Assembly: GCA_964601085.1 (NCBI GenBank)
Contig: CAZRLN010000001.1
Coordinates: forward strand, 19,166 to 83,165
DNA: 64,000 bases
Reading direction: 5' to 3'
Origin: an uncultured Veillonellaceae bacterium
GTDB taxonomy: Bacteria > Bacillota > Negativicutes > UBA1444
How positions within the stretch are numbered: the first letter of the stretch is position 1; each line of letters begins with the position of its first letter. The notes under the pieces were generated by a model. It worked only from the letters and a program-made list of their open reading frames with translations. It was not told where the DNA came from and made no database searches. Below, piece by piece: positions 9,366 through 19,121 of this stretch. The translations under genes and the position numbers were made by a program.

Positions 9366-10400
9366 ATGAATAGGATTGATTTGCGAAGCGATACCGTTAC
9401 GCTGCCGACGGCCCAGATGCGGGAAGCGATGTACCGGGCCGAAGTGGGCGATGATGTGTACGGAGAAGACCCAACCCTGATTGAGCTTGAGGCGCTGGGG
9501 GCCCGCATGACCGGCAAAGAAGCCGGCTTGTTCGTAACCAGTGGAACGATGGGAAACCAGGTAGCCGTATTGACGCACACGCAGCGTGGTGATGAAGTGA
9601 TCTGTGAGGCCGAGTCTCATATTTTTTATTCCGAAGTGGCAGGGCTGGCGGTATTATCGGGAGTGCAGGCCAGGACCGTTCCTTCGATCAAGGGGATCTT
9701 AAGCGCGGAAACGATTGAGGCGGCGATTCGTCCCCAGGACATTCACCAACCGAAAACGACGTTGATCTGTCTGGAAAACTCGCACAACCGGGCTGGCGGA
9801 ACCTGTTATTCGCTGGATTCTCTGGCCGCTATCCGCAAAATGGCGGATCGCCGAAAACTACCGGTACACATGGACGGCGCCCGCCTGTTCAATGCGGCGC
9901 TGGCCCAGGGCGTGACAGTCGATAAAATCGCCCAATACGCCGATACGGTCCAATTCTGCCTCTCCAAAGGCTTGTGCGCTCCGGTGGGGAGCTTGCTTGT
10001 CGGTCCGGCCGATTTCATTGCCCGGGCCCGACGGTATCGCAAAATGCTGGGCGGGGGGCTGCGTCAGGCGGGAATTTTGGCGGCGGCAGGAATCGTCGCG
10101 TTACAGAACATGACGGACCGCCTGGCGGAAGATCACGCGAACGCCGCCCAATTGGCGGAAGCCGTTGCTTCGGCAGGTTTTGCCATCGATTTGTCGACCG
10201 TGCAGACCAATATTGTAATCTTTGATGTTTCCCGCATGGGCGTGAAGGCGGCGGATTTTGCCGCCAAACTGAAAAAAGCCGGCGTGTTGGCCAGCGTGTT
10301 CGGCGAATACCGGGTTCGCATGGTGACGCACTACGGGATTACCGCTGATGATATCGCCGCCGTGACGGACATCCTGCACCGGTTGCTCAAGAAAGGCTAG
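9366..10400 (+). CDS. ltaE: low-specificity L-threonine aldolase
   Basis: N-terminus [11 protein letters not shown]...MGNQ is typical of the Beta_elim_lyase / threonine aldolase family (PLP fold type I). Confidence 0.85.
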   Translation: MNRIDLRSDTVTLPTAQMREAMYRAEVGDDVYGEDPTLIELEALGARMTGKEAGLFVTSGTMGNQVAVLTHTQRGDEVICEAESHIFYSEVAGLAVLSGVQARTVPSIKGILSAETIEAAIRPQDIHQPKTTLICLENSHNRAGGTCYSLDSLAAIRKMADRRKLPVHMDGARLFNAALAQGVTVDKIAQYADTVQFCLSKGLCAPVGSLLVGPADFIARARRYRKMLGGGLRQAGILAAAGIVALQNMTDRLAEDHANAAQLAEAVASAGFAIDLSTVQTNIVIFDVSRMGVKAADFAAKLKKAGVLASVFGEYRVRMVTHYGITADDIAAVTDILHRLLKKG

Positions 10401-10402
10401 TC

Positions 10403-11746
10403 ATGGAAGATCTGTTTGCCGACCAATTGACACAGCGACTCCAGAAGAATGAACCGTTGGCTTTGCGTATGCGGCCCCGCACTCTGGACGAATTTGTCGG
10501 CCAGAGTGAACTGATCGGGGTGGGACGTTTTTTACGCCGGGTGATTCAGTCGGATTCCATTCCTTCGTTGCTGTTCTTTGGACCGCCCGGCACGGGAAAA
10601 ACGACGTTGGCGAATATTGTGGCGCGCTCCACCGGATCACACTTTGAAGAGATGAATGCGGTTTCCGCCGGGGTGGCAGATATCCGCAAGGCGGTGGAAA
10701 AGGCTCGTGAGCGCCTGATTACGGCTAATCGCGGCACGATCCTGTTTATCGATGAAATTCACCGGTTCAACAAGTCGCAGCAGGATGCCTTGTTGCCCTA
10801 CGTCGAAAACGGCACGATTGTTCTGATTGGCGCCACTACCGAAAATCCTTATTTCGAAGTGAACTCGCCTTTGCTGTCGCGGATGAGGGTATTGCGACTG
10901 GAAGCCCTGACCCGTGACGAGATCATCCTCATCTTGCGCCGGGCCTTGACGGACGAACAGCGCGGGTTGGGGCGGTTTTCGGTCGAGGCGGCGGATGAAG
11001 TGCTGGGAATTTTATCGGACCGGGCGGGCGGCGATGCTCGGGTTGCGTTGAACCTGCTGGAACAAATGGTGCTGCTGCTGCGGGGCGATGCCGAAAAAAG
11101 CGGCGAACCGGCGGTGCTGACCCGCGAAGTCGTGGAAACGGTGGCCGTGCAAAAACTGCAGTCCTACGATAAAAAAGGCGACAACCATTATGACGTTGCC
11201 TCGGCATTCATCAAAAGCATGCGGGGCTCGGACCCGGACGCCGCGATGCACTATTTGGCACGGATGATCGAGGGCGGCGAGGATCCCCGGTTCATTGCCC
11301 GGCGGATCGTGATTTGCGCGGCGGAGGACGTGGGAAACGCCGATCCGGTGGCGCTGATGCTGGCGGTGTCGGCCATGCAGGCGGCTCACATGGTCGGGTG
11401 GCCGGAAGCGCGGATTCCGTTGGCGCAGGCAGTGGCGTATATTGCGGCGGCGCCCAAAAGCAACGCGGCATATCTGGCAATCGACCGGGCGATGGCTGAT
11501 GTCCGGGACCGTGATTGCGGCAGGGTGCCGGCGAATTTGCGGGACAGTCACTACCGGGGCGCGGAACTGCTGGGGCATGGCGCTGGCTATCTTTACCCGC
11601 ACGATTACCCGGAGGGTTATGTGCCGCAACAGTATCTGCCGGATGAACTGGCGGGGGCCAGTTATTACCGGCCGACCGAGCATGGCCGGGAGAAGGACAT
11701 CCGGGCGCGGATGGCGCTGCGACGCAAATCTCCGGATCAAAAATAA
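10403..11746 (+). CDS. rarA: replication-associated recombination protein A (AAA+ ATPase RarA/MgsA)
   Basis: Walker A GPPGTGKTTLA and Walker B ILFIDEIHRFNKSQQD, plus the MgsA C-terminal helical domain. Confidence 0.9.
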   Translation: MEDLFADQLTQRLQKNEPLALRMRPRTLDEFVGQSELIGVGRFLRRVIQSDSIPSLLFFGPPGTGKTTLANIVARSTGSHFEEMNAVSAGVADIRKAVEKARERLITANRGTILFIDEIHRFNKSQQDALLPYVENGTIVLIGATTENPYFEVNSPLLSRMRVLRLEALTRDEIILILRRALTDEQRGLGRFSVEAADEVLGILSDRAGGDARVALNLLEQMVLLLRGDAEKSGEPAVLTREVVETVAVQKLQSYDKKGDNHYDVASAFIKSMRGSDPDAAMHYLARMIEGGEDPRFIARRIVICAAEDVGNADPVALMLAVSAMQAAHMVGWPEARIPLAQAVAYIAAAPKSNAAYLAIDRAMADVRDRDCGRVPANLRDSHYRGAELLGHGAGYLYPHDYPEGYVPQQYLPDELAGASYYRPTEHGREKDIRARMALRRKSPDQK

Positions 11747-11785
11747 GCAGGAAGCAATTGCAAAAACAGTTTTTTTATAAAACGC

Positions 11786-11815
11786 TTTGACTATTCCGAC
11801 GGCTTATGTTATATT
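11786..11815 (+). promoter_or_regulatory. sigma-A type promoter for the Rrf2-nifS-nifU operon
   Basis: -35 TTGACT at 11786-11791. After an 18-nt spacer comes an extended -10 TGTTATATT at 11807-11815. The gene start is about 45 nt downstream. Confidence 0.6.
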
Positions 11816-11860
11816 TTAAACATAAATCCGATTAAAATAGTCGGAATAAGAGGAGCTTGT

Positions 11861-12325
11861 ATGAAAGTCTCAACCAAGAGTCGCTATGGCGTGGCGGCGA
11901 TGGTCGATATCGCCCAGCATCACGGCGCCGGACCGGTGGCCTTGCGCAGCGTGGCCGAGCGGCAGCAGGTTTCGGAACATTATCTGGAACAACTGATGTC
12001 CAGCTTGCGGAATGCGGGATATGTGCGAAGCATCCGCGGCGCTCAGGGCGGATACGTATTGGCGAAAAATCCAGCCCAGATCACCGTTGGCGATATCGTA
12101 CGGGCCATGGAAGGGCCGATTGCCCCGGTGGACTGCATTCTGGCCGAAAAAGGGCCTGACAATCCCTACTGCGCTAAAAGCGGCGAGTGTATCCGACGGA
12201 ACATTTGGCTCAAGATGGGGGAAAGCATTACTTCGGCGTTGGACTCCATTTCGCTTGCGAGTTTATGCGAGGAACATCAACAACAAACAGACGTCAAAGA
12301 AGTCAAGGAAAGAGGCGAACATTGA
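11861..12325 (+). CDS. Rrf2-family transcriptional regulator (IscR/CymR-like, Cys-ligand type)
   Basis: Winged-helix N-terminus MKVSTKSRYGVAAMVD. Three clustered Cys (CILAEKGPDNPYCAKSGEC) are consistent with Fe-S-binding IscR. RBS AGGAG. It is followed by nifS and nifU. Confidence 0.85.
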   Translation: MKVSTKSRYGVAAMVDIAQHHGAGPVALRSVAERQQVSEHYLEQLMSSLRNAGYVRSIRGAQGGYVLAKNPAQITVGDIVRAMEGPIAPVDCILAEKGPDNPYCAKSGECIRRNIWLKMGESITSALDSISLASLCEEHQQQTDVKEVKERGEH

Positions 12326-12327
12326 GA

Positions 12328-13557
12328 ATGAAACGGGTTTATTTTGACCACGCGGCGACTACGCCGACTGACCCGGCGATTGCCAAGACCGTCTATGAAT
12401 ATATGACGGAGGTTTTTGGCAATCCCGGCAGTGTCCACAGTTTTGGCCGTCAGGCCCGACAAGCAGTGGATGTGGCGCGGGAACAAGTGGCGAATTTAAT
12501 TAATGCTCAACCGGCCGAGATCTTTTTTACTTCCGGCGGAACGGAAGCCGACAACACGGCATTAAAAGGAGTGGCTTACGCCAACCGGAACCGGGGCAAC
12601 CATATTATCACTTCCGCGGTGGAACATCATGCGGTCCTGGAACCTTGCGAACAGTTGCAAAAAGAGGGCTTTGATCTGACGGTGCTGCCGGTGGACGAGT
12701 ATGGCCAGGTCAGCGTCGAAGCGGTGCGGAATGCGATTAAACCGGAAACGATCCTGATCAGTATCATGTTCGCTAACAACGAAGTGGGCACGATCCAGCC
12801 AATTGCCGAGATCGGTGCATTGGCGCGGGAACGAAAGATTTATTTCCACACGGATGCCGTGCAGGCCGTCGGCAACTGGCCCATCGACGTCAAGGAAATG
12901 AACATCGATTTACTGACCATGTCCGGTCATAAATTCAATGCTCCCAAAGGAATCGGCGCCCTGTATGTCCGCAAGGGAGTCCGGCTGCGTTCCATCCAGC
13001 AGGGCGGCGGACAGGAGCGTCACTTGCGCCCGGGAACCGAAAATGTGCCGGGGATCGTGGGGTTGGGACTGGCGGCGGAAAAAGCCCGCTTGGGAATGAC
13101 AGAAAAGATCCGCTACACGACCGGGCTGCGGGACCGGCTGTTGTCGGGCATTTTGGCGACTGTGCCGGAAATCAAGCTGAACGGGCATCCGACGCAGCGA
13201 TTGCCGGGAAATGTCAATGTTAGCGTGATTTATGTAGAAGGGGAATCCCTGCTGTTGAATCTGGATATGAAAGGAATCGCCGCATCAAGCGGGTCGGCCT
13301 GCACTTCGGGTTCGCTGGATCCATCCCATGTGCTTCTGGCGATGGGCTTGGATCATGCCACGGCGCACGGGTCGCTGCGACTGACGTTGGGCGATGATAA
13401 TACGGAAGAAGACGTGGATTATTTCCTGGCGGAGTTTCCCGCCATTGTCGAGCGCCTGCGCAATATGTCCCCACTATATGCGACGAGGGGGTTAACCCAG
13501 CAGCGCTGCGATTCGGCTTCATGCAAAGAATCTGAATGTAAAATCAGGGGGTCTTGA
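12328..13557 (+). CDS. nifS: cysteine desulfurase (NifS/IscS, class I)
   Basis: MKRVYFDHAATTP N-terminus, PLP lysine motif SGHKFNAPKG, and active-site loop SSGSACTS. The ORF-track start at 12187 is an upstream over-extension. Confidence 0.9.
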   Translation: MKRVYFDHAATTPTDPAIAKTVYEYMTEVFGNPGSVHSFGRQARQAVDVAREQVANLINAQPAEIFFTSGGTEADNTALKGVAYANRNRGNHIITSAVEHHAVLEPCEQLQKEGFDLTVLPVDEYGQVSVEAVRNAIKPETILISIMFANNEVGTIQPIAEIGALARERKIYFHTDAVQAVGNWPIDVKEMNIDLLTMSGHKFNAPKGIGALYVRKGVRLRSIQQGGGQERHLRPGTENVPGIVGLGLAAEKARLGMTEKIRYTTGLRDRLLSGILATVPEIKLNGHPTQRLPGNVNVSVIYVEGESLLLNLDMKGIAASSGSACTSGSLDPSHVLLAMGLDHATAHGSLRLTLGDDNTEEDVDYFLAEFPAIVERLRNMSPLYATRGLTQQRCDSASCKESECKIRGS

Positions 13558-13559
13558 GT

Positions 13560-13934
13560 ATGTATTCACAAAAAGTAATGGATCATTTTTCAAACCCGCG
13601 CAATGTCGGGGAACTGTCGAACGCCGACGGCGTGGGCGAAGTCGGCAACGCCAAATGCGGCGATATCATGAAGATTTTTCTCAAGGTGGAGAACGGCGTC
13701 ATCGAGGATGTGAAATTCCAGACATTCGGCTGCGGTGCGGCGATCGCCACGAGTAGCATGGTGACGGAAATGGTCAAAGGAAAAAGCCTGGAGGACGCTC
13801 TCCGGGTTACCAATGAAGCGGTAGCGGAAGCATTGGACGGACTGCCGCCGGTCAAAATGCACTGTTCCAATCTGGCGGCCGATGCTGTGCATGCCGCGAT
13901 CAAGGATTACATGGAGAAGCATCCGAACGGCTGA
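13560..13934 (+). CDS. nifU: Fe-S cluster assembly scaffold (NifU/IscU N-terminal domain type)
   Basis: Conserved Cys in GNAKCGD, GCGAAIA and MHCS. 4-nt overlap with nifS. Confidence 0.9.
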   Translation: MYSQKVMDHFSNPRNVGELSNADGVGEVGNAKCGDIMKIFLKVENGVIEDVKFQTFGCGAAIATSSMVTEMVKGKSLEDALRVTNEAVAEALDGLPPVKMHCSNLAADAVHAAIKDYMEKHPNG

Positions 13935-13975
13935 TTTTTTCTCCTGGCTGTTGATAAAGTCCCATCTGCTGTTTC

Positions 13976-14001
13976 AAGGAGCCGACAAACGGCTCCTTTT
14001 T
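13976..14001 (+). terminator. rho-independent terminator of the Rrf2-nifS-nifU operon
   Basis: Stem ggagccg/cggctcc with loop acaaa, followed by TTTTT. Confidence 0.7.
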
Positions 14002-14025
14002 CGTGTTCGCCGGTTGATGCGGCAA

Positions 14026-14055
14026 ATTGACAAGAGTTCGGTAAATTGTGTATAA
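14026..14055 (+). promoter_or_regulatory. sigma-A type promoter upstream of alaS
   Basis: -35 TTGACA at 14026-14031. After an 18-nt spacer comes an extended -10 TGTATAAT at 14048-14055. alaS ATG is at 14098 with RBS GGAGG. Confidence 0.65.
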
Positions 14056-14097
14056 TTCCTTGAGAATGCGCCCGTTAGGCCAATTGGAGGTTAAAGC

Positions 14098-16707
14098 ATG
14101 ACCGGAAATGAATTGAGACAAAAATATCTGCAATTTTTCGCTGGGAAAGACCATTTGATTCTGCCCAGTTATCCCTTGGTTCCCGACAATGATCCGAGCC
14201 TGTTGCTGATCGGGGCGGGAATGGCTCCGTTCAAACCGTTCTTTACCGGAAAGATGAAGCCGCCCCATTTGCGGATTGCAACTTCCCAGCGCTGCATCCG
14301 GACGGGGGATATCGAGAATGTCGGCCGCACGGCCCGCCATCATACTTTCTTTGAAATGCTGGGTAATTTTTCATTCGGCGATTATTTCAAAAAGGATGCC
14401 ATCGCTTGGGCCTGGGAGTTTGTAACAATCGAACTGGGCCTGGCGCCGGAAAAACTTTGGGTTACCATCTATACCGACGATGATGAAGCATTTGAAATCT
14501 GGAACAAGGATATTGGTTTGGCCCCGGAACGGATTATCCGGATGGAGGATAATTTCTGGGAAATCGGCACCGGTCCCTGTGGTCCCTGTTCGGAGATTTA
14601 TGTCGATTTGGGCGAGGACCGCGGCTGCGGCAAACCGGATTGCGCAGTCGGCTGCAATTGCGATCGCTATCTCGAAATCTGGAATCTGGTCTTTACCCAG
14701 TTTAACCGCAACGATGACGGCAGCTATACGCCGCTGGCCAAGAAAAATATCGATACCGGCGCCGGCCTGGAACGGATCGCTTCGGTGCTGCAAAATAAAA
14801 GGTCGAATTTTGAGACGGATTTACTCTTCCCGATTATCGAGCATGCCATGAAAGTGGCTGGCGTCGAATATGGCAAACAAGCCCGTACGGATGTATCCCT
14901 GAAGGTGATTGCCGATCATGCCCGTAGCGTGACGGTCATGATTTCCGATGGGATTCTGCCCTCCAACGAGGGGCGGGGGTATGTGTTGCGCCGCTTGTTG
15001 CGCCGAGCCGTCCGGCACGGACGCCTTCTGGGAATCGACAAGGCCTTTTTGGCGGATATCGTGGATGTCGTGGCGGAGATTTTCCGCATGCCGTATCCGG
15101 ATATCGGCGAAAAACGGGAATATATCAAAAAGATCATTCAGCTGGAAGAGGCCCGGTTCAGTGAAACCCTGGCGCAGGGTACCGAGTTGCTGAATCAGCA
15201 GATTGAAGTTTTGATTGCCGACGGTGGGGATACGCTCGATGGCGCGGTCATATTCAAACTATATGACACATTTGGTTTCCCTTGGGAATTGACGGATGAA
15301 ATTCTGGCCGAGCAAGGTCTGAAACTGGACAAGGCTGGATTCGACAAGGCAATGGCCGAACAGCGGGAACGAGCCCGGGCGGCGCGGCAGGAAGAAGCGG
15401 CGGCTGTTGTGATTCCCGATTTGTCGGGATTGGGCGTTGACAAGCTGCGAGTTGATTATTCGACGAGCGTTGCTACCGTCGTCGGCATGTTCCGCGAAGG
15501 CCGGATTGTGACCGAGACCCGGGATGGCGAAGAGGTGGCGGTTATTTTGGATGTGACGCCGTTTTATGCCGAGGGCGGCGGTCAGGTCGGCGATGTCGGA
15601 ATTCTGACGGGACCGCTGGGGAAAGTGGAAGTCGCCACAACCCGCAAGCTGCCGGATGGAACCGTATATCACCTGGGTCAGGTGACCGAAGGGTTCCTGA
15701 AACAGGGAGACGCCGTCAAGATCGAGTTGGACGGAGAACGACGCGCGGCCAGCGCCCGGAACCATTCCGCGACGCATCTGCTTCAGGCGGCGTTGCGTCA
15801 AGTTTTGGGAACGCACGTAAATCAGGCGGGCTCCTATGTGGGCCCGGATCGTCTGCGGTTCGACTTTTCCCATTTTACGGCCATGACGCCGGAAGAAATC
15901 GCGACTGTGGAATTAAACGTTAACCGGGCGATTCTGACGGATACACATATCGGCACAATCGAAACCAGCCAGGAAATGGCCAAGCAAATGGGGGCCATGG
16001 CCCTGTTCGGCGAAAAATACGGTGAAAAAGTGCGTGTGGTTGTTGTCGGCGATATTTCCAAGGAATTGTGCGGCGGTACCCATGTGGAGTCGACCGGTGA
16101 AATCGGCCAGTTCAAGATTGTCGCCGAATCCAGCGTCGGCGCCGGGTTGCGCCGGATTGAAGCCGTGACCGGGCTGGCGGCTCTGGAATATGCCAACCAA
16201 CGGGAAGCCATTCTGGAACAGGCGGCGCAACTTTTGAAGACCCGTCCGGAAGAATTGGTCAGCCGAATGGAGATTTCCCAAAATCATGTGCGGGAATTGG
16301 AAAAAGAAATCGCGGCGCTTCAGAAACAGCTTTCCCAGGGTATCGTGCAGGAACTGCTGCAGCAGGTGCGTGATGTCAAAGGAATCCGTTATGTTGCGGC
16401 TGCGGTAAGTGCGCCGGATATGGACGAATTGCGCTCCATCGCCGACCGGGTCCGCGATGGGCTTGCCGGCGGCGTAGTGGTATTGGGCGCGGTTGTCGGC
16501 GACAAGGTGAACTTTGTGGCGATGGCCGGCAAGGAAGCGATCGCACACGGCGTTCACTCCGGCAATATTGTCAAGGAAGTATCGTCGGCAGCTGGCGGCG
16601 GCGGCGGCGGCCGGCCAGAAATGGCGCAAGCCGGCGGCAAGAACCCGGAAAAAATGTCGGCTGCGTTGGCGTTGGTCGAGACGATTCTGGAAAAACAGGT
16701 GAAATAA
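14098..16707 (+). CDS. alaS: alanine--tRNA ligase
   Basis: 869 aa with class II core, editing domain HxxxH...CxxxH and C-terminal DHHA1 domain with a Gly-rich tail. Confidence 0.95.
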   Translation: MTGNELRQKYLQFFAGKDHLILPSYPLVPDNDPSLLLIGAGMAPFKPFFTGKMKPPHLRIATSQRCIRTGDIENVGRTARHHTFFEMLGNFSFGDYFKKDAIAWAWEFVTIELGLAPEKLWVTIYTDDDEAFEIWNKDIGLAPERIIRMEDNFWEIGTGPCGPCSEIYVDLGEDRGCGKPDCAVGCNCDRYLEIWNLVFTQFNRNDDGSYTPLAKKNIDTGAGLERIASVLQNKRSNFETDLLFPIIEHAMKVAGVEYGKQARTDVSLKVIADHARSVTVMISDGILPSNEGRGYVLRRLLRRAVRHGRLLGIDKAFLADIVDVVAEIFRMPYPDIGEKREYIKKIIQLEEARFSETLAQGTELLNQQIEVLIADGGDTLDGAVIFKLYDTFGFPWELTDEILAEQGLKLDKAGFDKAMAEQRERARAARQEEAAAVVIPDLSGLGVDKLRVDYSTSVATVVGMFREGRIVTETRDGEEVAVILDVTPFYAEGGGQVGDVGILTGPLGKVEVATTRKLPDGTVYHLGQVTEGFLKQGDAVKIELDGERRAASARNHSATHLLQAALRQVLGTHVNQAGSYVGPDRLRFDFSHFTAMTPEEIATVELNVNRAILTDTHIGTIETSQEMAKQMGAMALFGEKYGEKVRVVVVGDISKELCGGTHVESTGEIGQFKIVAESSVGAGLRRIEAVTGLAALEYANQREAILEQAAQLLKTRPEELVSRMEISQNHVRELEKEIAALQKQLSQGIVQELLQQVRDVKGIRYVAAAVSAPDMDELRSIADRVRDGLAGGVVVLGAVVGDKVNFVAMAGKEAIAHGVHSGNIVKEVSSAAGGGGGGRPEMAQAGGKNPEKMSAALALVETILEKQVK

Positions 16708-16799
16708 AATCTCGCTTTGCGGCAGGAACCTGTCCGTCGCAGTCGAATAGTAAATTCAATGGGATGAATCGCTATTGATTCAGGAAGGAGATGGCCAAG

Positions 16800-17123
16800 A
16801 TGAGTTTTTCCGCCGATGAAACAATTCATACTCCTTTGGCGGCCGGCGAAAATCTCGGCGTGGATTCTTCCGGCGTGAATTTTGACGAGACCATGAAATT
16901 TACGGTGGAGAAGGAAAAAACCGAAGCCGGTAAGATTCTGGACACCGTGTATGCGGCCCTGAAGGAGAAAGGCTATAATCCGATCAATCAACTGGTTGGA
17001 TATTTGCTCTCTGGCGATCCCACCTATATTACGAATTTTAAGGAGGCCCGCAGCCAGATCCGACGGGTGGAGCGGGATGAACTGCTGGAAGAGTTGGTGC
17101 GGTTTTATTTGAAAGATCGGTAA
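16800..17123 (+). CDS. IreB-family regulatory phosphoprotein (UPF0297/YrzL)
   Basis: Small conserved protein encoded downstream of alaS in Firmicutes. Start assigned to the second ATG because of RBS spacing (GGAGG at 16786-16790). Confidence 0.7.
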   Translation: MSFSADETIHTPLAAGENLGVDSSGVNFDETMKFTVEKEKTEAGKILDTVYAALKEKGYNPINQLVGYLLSGDPTYITNFKEARSQIRRVERDELLEELVRFYLKDR

Positions 17124-17199
17124 GCTTTTTGTGAGTCATTGCCGCTGTGAGAAGGTTCACGGCGGTATTTTTTTGCAACGATGGTACGGAGGTGACAGA

Positions 17200-17640
17200 A
17201 TGCGTATTTTGGCGCTCGATCTGGGGGAAAAACGAATCGGCGTGGCGGCCAGCGACGAGTTGCTGTTGACGGCGCAGGGATTGTGCGTTCTTGCCAGCAA
17301 AGGAACGGTGAAAGATCTGGGCCAGGTTGCGGACCTGATTCGAAACCAGGCGGTCTCGACTGTTGTACTGGGCTTGCCCCGAAACATGGACGGCAGTATT
17401 GGCCCCATGGCGGAGAAAGTTCGCGAATTCGGCCGGCTGTTGCAGGAACAACACCCGGATGTTCCGGTGGAGTACTGGGATGAACGACTCACGACCGCAG
17501 GGGCGCAGCGGATGTTGATCGGCGCCGATATGAGCCGGTTAAAACGACGCCAGGTTGTGGACAAAGTTGCGGCGGTCCTGATTCTTCAAGGGTATCTGGA
17601 TCACCGGGCCAACCGGCGCAATGCGTCGTCGGAGGGATGA
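17200..17640 (+). CDS. ruvX: Holliday junction resolvase-like nuclease RuvX/YqgF
   Basis: MRILALDLGEKRIGVAASD N-terminus is the YqgF signature. The ORF-track start at 17131 is an over-extension. Confidence 0.85.
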   Translation: MRILALDLGEKRIGVAASDELLLTAQGLCVLASKGTVKDLGQVADLIRNQAVSTVVLGLPRNMDGSIGPMAEKVREFGRLLQEQHPDVPVEYWDERLTTAGAQRMLIGADMSRLKRRQVVDKVAAVLILQGYLDHRANRRNASSEG

Positions 17641-17710
17641 CGGCAGTGGCATTGACAGGCAAAGCGTTATAGTATACCATTAAATCACATTATTTATTGC
17701 GAGGTGTATT

Positions 17711-18052
17711 ATGGCTGATTTTGAACATGACGAGGCGGAAGAAGTCGAAATATTTACGGATGAAGAAGGAAATGAATATTACGTTCATCGGTATATCGAT
17801 ATCGGCGAAAAGAAATATGCAATTTTAGTCTATATCGACGACGAAGAGGATCTCGAGGACGAAAGCGCCGGTTGCGGCTGCGGCGATGAATCGTGCGGCT
17901 GTGACGATGAGTGTGAGGTGGAGATCGCCCGGCTGGAAACCTTGGCCAACGGAGAATCAACATTCGTTTTCATCGACCCGGAGGATCCGGAATATGACAA
18001 AGTATGCGAGGCTTATGAGAAGCTGATGGACTCCGAACCTTATGAAGCCTGA
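17711..18052 (+). CDS. DUF1292 (YrzB-like) acidic protein with Cys-rich insertion
   Basis: MADFEHDE...EIFTDEEGNEYYV...KKYAIL core matches the DUF1292 family, in the conserved alaS-ruvX-mltG neighbourhood. It carries an extra CGCGDESCGCDDEC segment. Confidence 0.7.
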   Translation: MADFEHDEAEEVEIFTDEEGNEYYVHRYIDIGEKKYAILVYIDDEEDLEDESAGCGCGDESCGCDDECEVEIARLETLANGESTFVFIDPEDPEYDKVCEAYEKLMDSEPYEA

Positions 18053-19112
18053 CCGGCTTCTTTTTTTCTGTGGGGCTGCTTCCGCCAAACCGTCCGGAAA
18101 AGGGACTTCACCTCGCTTGTTACTGGCTGCGGCAGCCTTGCTGCTGATTGGCGGAGCGATTCTGGCTTTCGGCTGGTATTCCAATCAACTGAAATCGGTT
18201 GCCCCGAATGATGGAAAAAGTGTGACGGTACAGGTTAAACCGGGCATGACAACCGGCGATATCGCCGGAATTCTTTGGGATCGCGGTCTGATTCGCGACA
18301 AAAATGCGTTTCTGGTTGCCGCGAAACGGGCCGGCCTCGATACATCCCTGCAGGCGGGCGAGTATGAACTGTCACGAAATATGGATGTCCGCCGGATGAT
18401 TGAAGTCATGGCCAAAGGCGAAACCGTGTTTTCCCAGTTCACAACGCCGGAAGGATATACGGTGGAGCAAATTGCCGCTTTGCTGGAGGAAAAGGGACTG
18501 GCCCGACGGGACCGTTTCCTGACTCTGGCTCGGGAATATGCGCCGTTTGACCGGGAACCTTCCCGCCCTGACGTAAAGTACCGGGCGGAAGGTTTTCTGT
18601 TTCCCGATACCTACCGTATCAGCAAGGGCGCTGGGGAAGAAGAAATCCTGCAGACCATGGGCGGTGAGTTCCAGCGGCGGTTTTCGCCGGAACTGCGGGA
18701 AAAATCCCGTAACATAGGTCTATCCGATTATGAGGTCGTTGTGCTGGCTTCCCTGATTGAACGGGAAGTTCAAGTCGCGAAGGAACGACCGATGGTTGCC
18801 CGGGTTTTTCTGAATCGGTTGCAATTGGGGATGCCGTTGCAGTCCTGTGCTACGATCCAGTATATTTTGGGATATCCAAAAGAAGAGTTGACTATTGCCG
18901 ATACCCAACTTCCATCGCCATACAATACCTATCTTCATCCTGGATTGCCGCCTGGACCGGTCGCCAGCCCAGGGTTGGCATCCATTCAGGCCGCGTTGAA
19001 TCCGGCGGAAGGGGATTGGCTTTATTTCGTTGTCGACGGCAAGACTGGCGGTCATCGGTTCAGCCGGACTCTGGCCGAGCATGAGGCGGCGATCGAACAA
19101 ATCGGGAAATGA
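18042..19112 (+). CDS. mltG: endolytic murein transglycosylase MltG (YceG family)
   Basis: N-terminal TM anchor, YceG-like domain. Conserved position downstream of ruvX/DUF1292. Confidence 0.85.
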   Translation: MKPDRLLFFCGAASAKPSGKGTSPRLLLAAAALLLIGGAILAFGWYSNQLKSVAPNDGKSVTVQVKPGMTTGDIAGILWDRGLIRDKNAFLVAAKRAGLDTSLQAGEYELSRNMDVRRMIEVMAKGETVFSQFTTPEGYTVEQIAALLEEKGLARRDRFLTLAREYAPFDREPSRPDVKYRAEGFLFPDTYRISKGAGEEEILQTMGGEFQRRFSPELREKSRNIGLSDYEVVVLASLIEREVQVAKERPMVARVFLNRLQLGMPLQSCATIQYILGYPKEELTIADTQLPSPYNTYLHPGLPPGPVASPGLASIQAALNPAEGDWLYFVVDGKTGGHRFSRTLAEHEAAIEQIGK

Positions 19113-19121
19113 GGAAAGCCA

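Noticed and set aside
17653-17681. TTGACA -35-like hexamer upstream of DUF1292 gene
   Set aside because: No convincing -10 hexamer at 16-18 nt spacing (only TATACC / TACCAT), so the promoter call is too weak to report as a feature.
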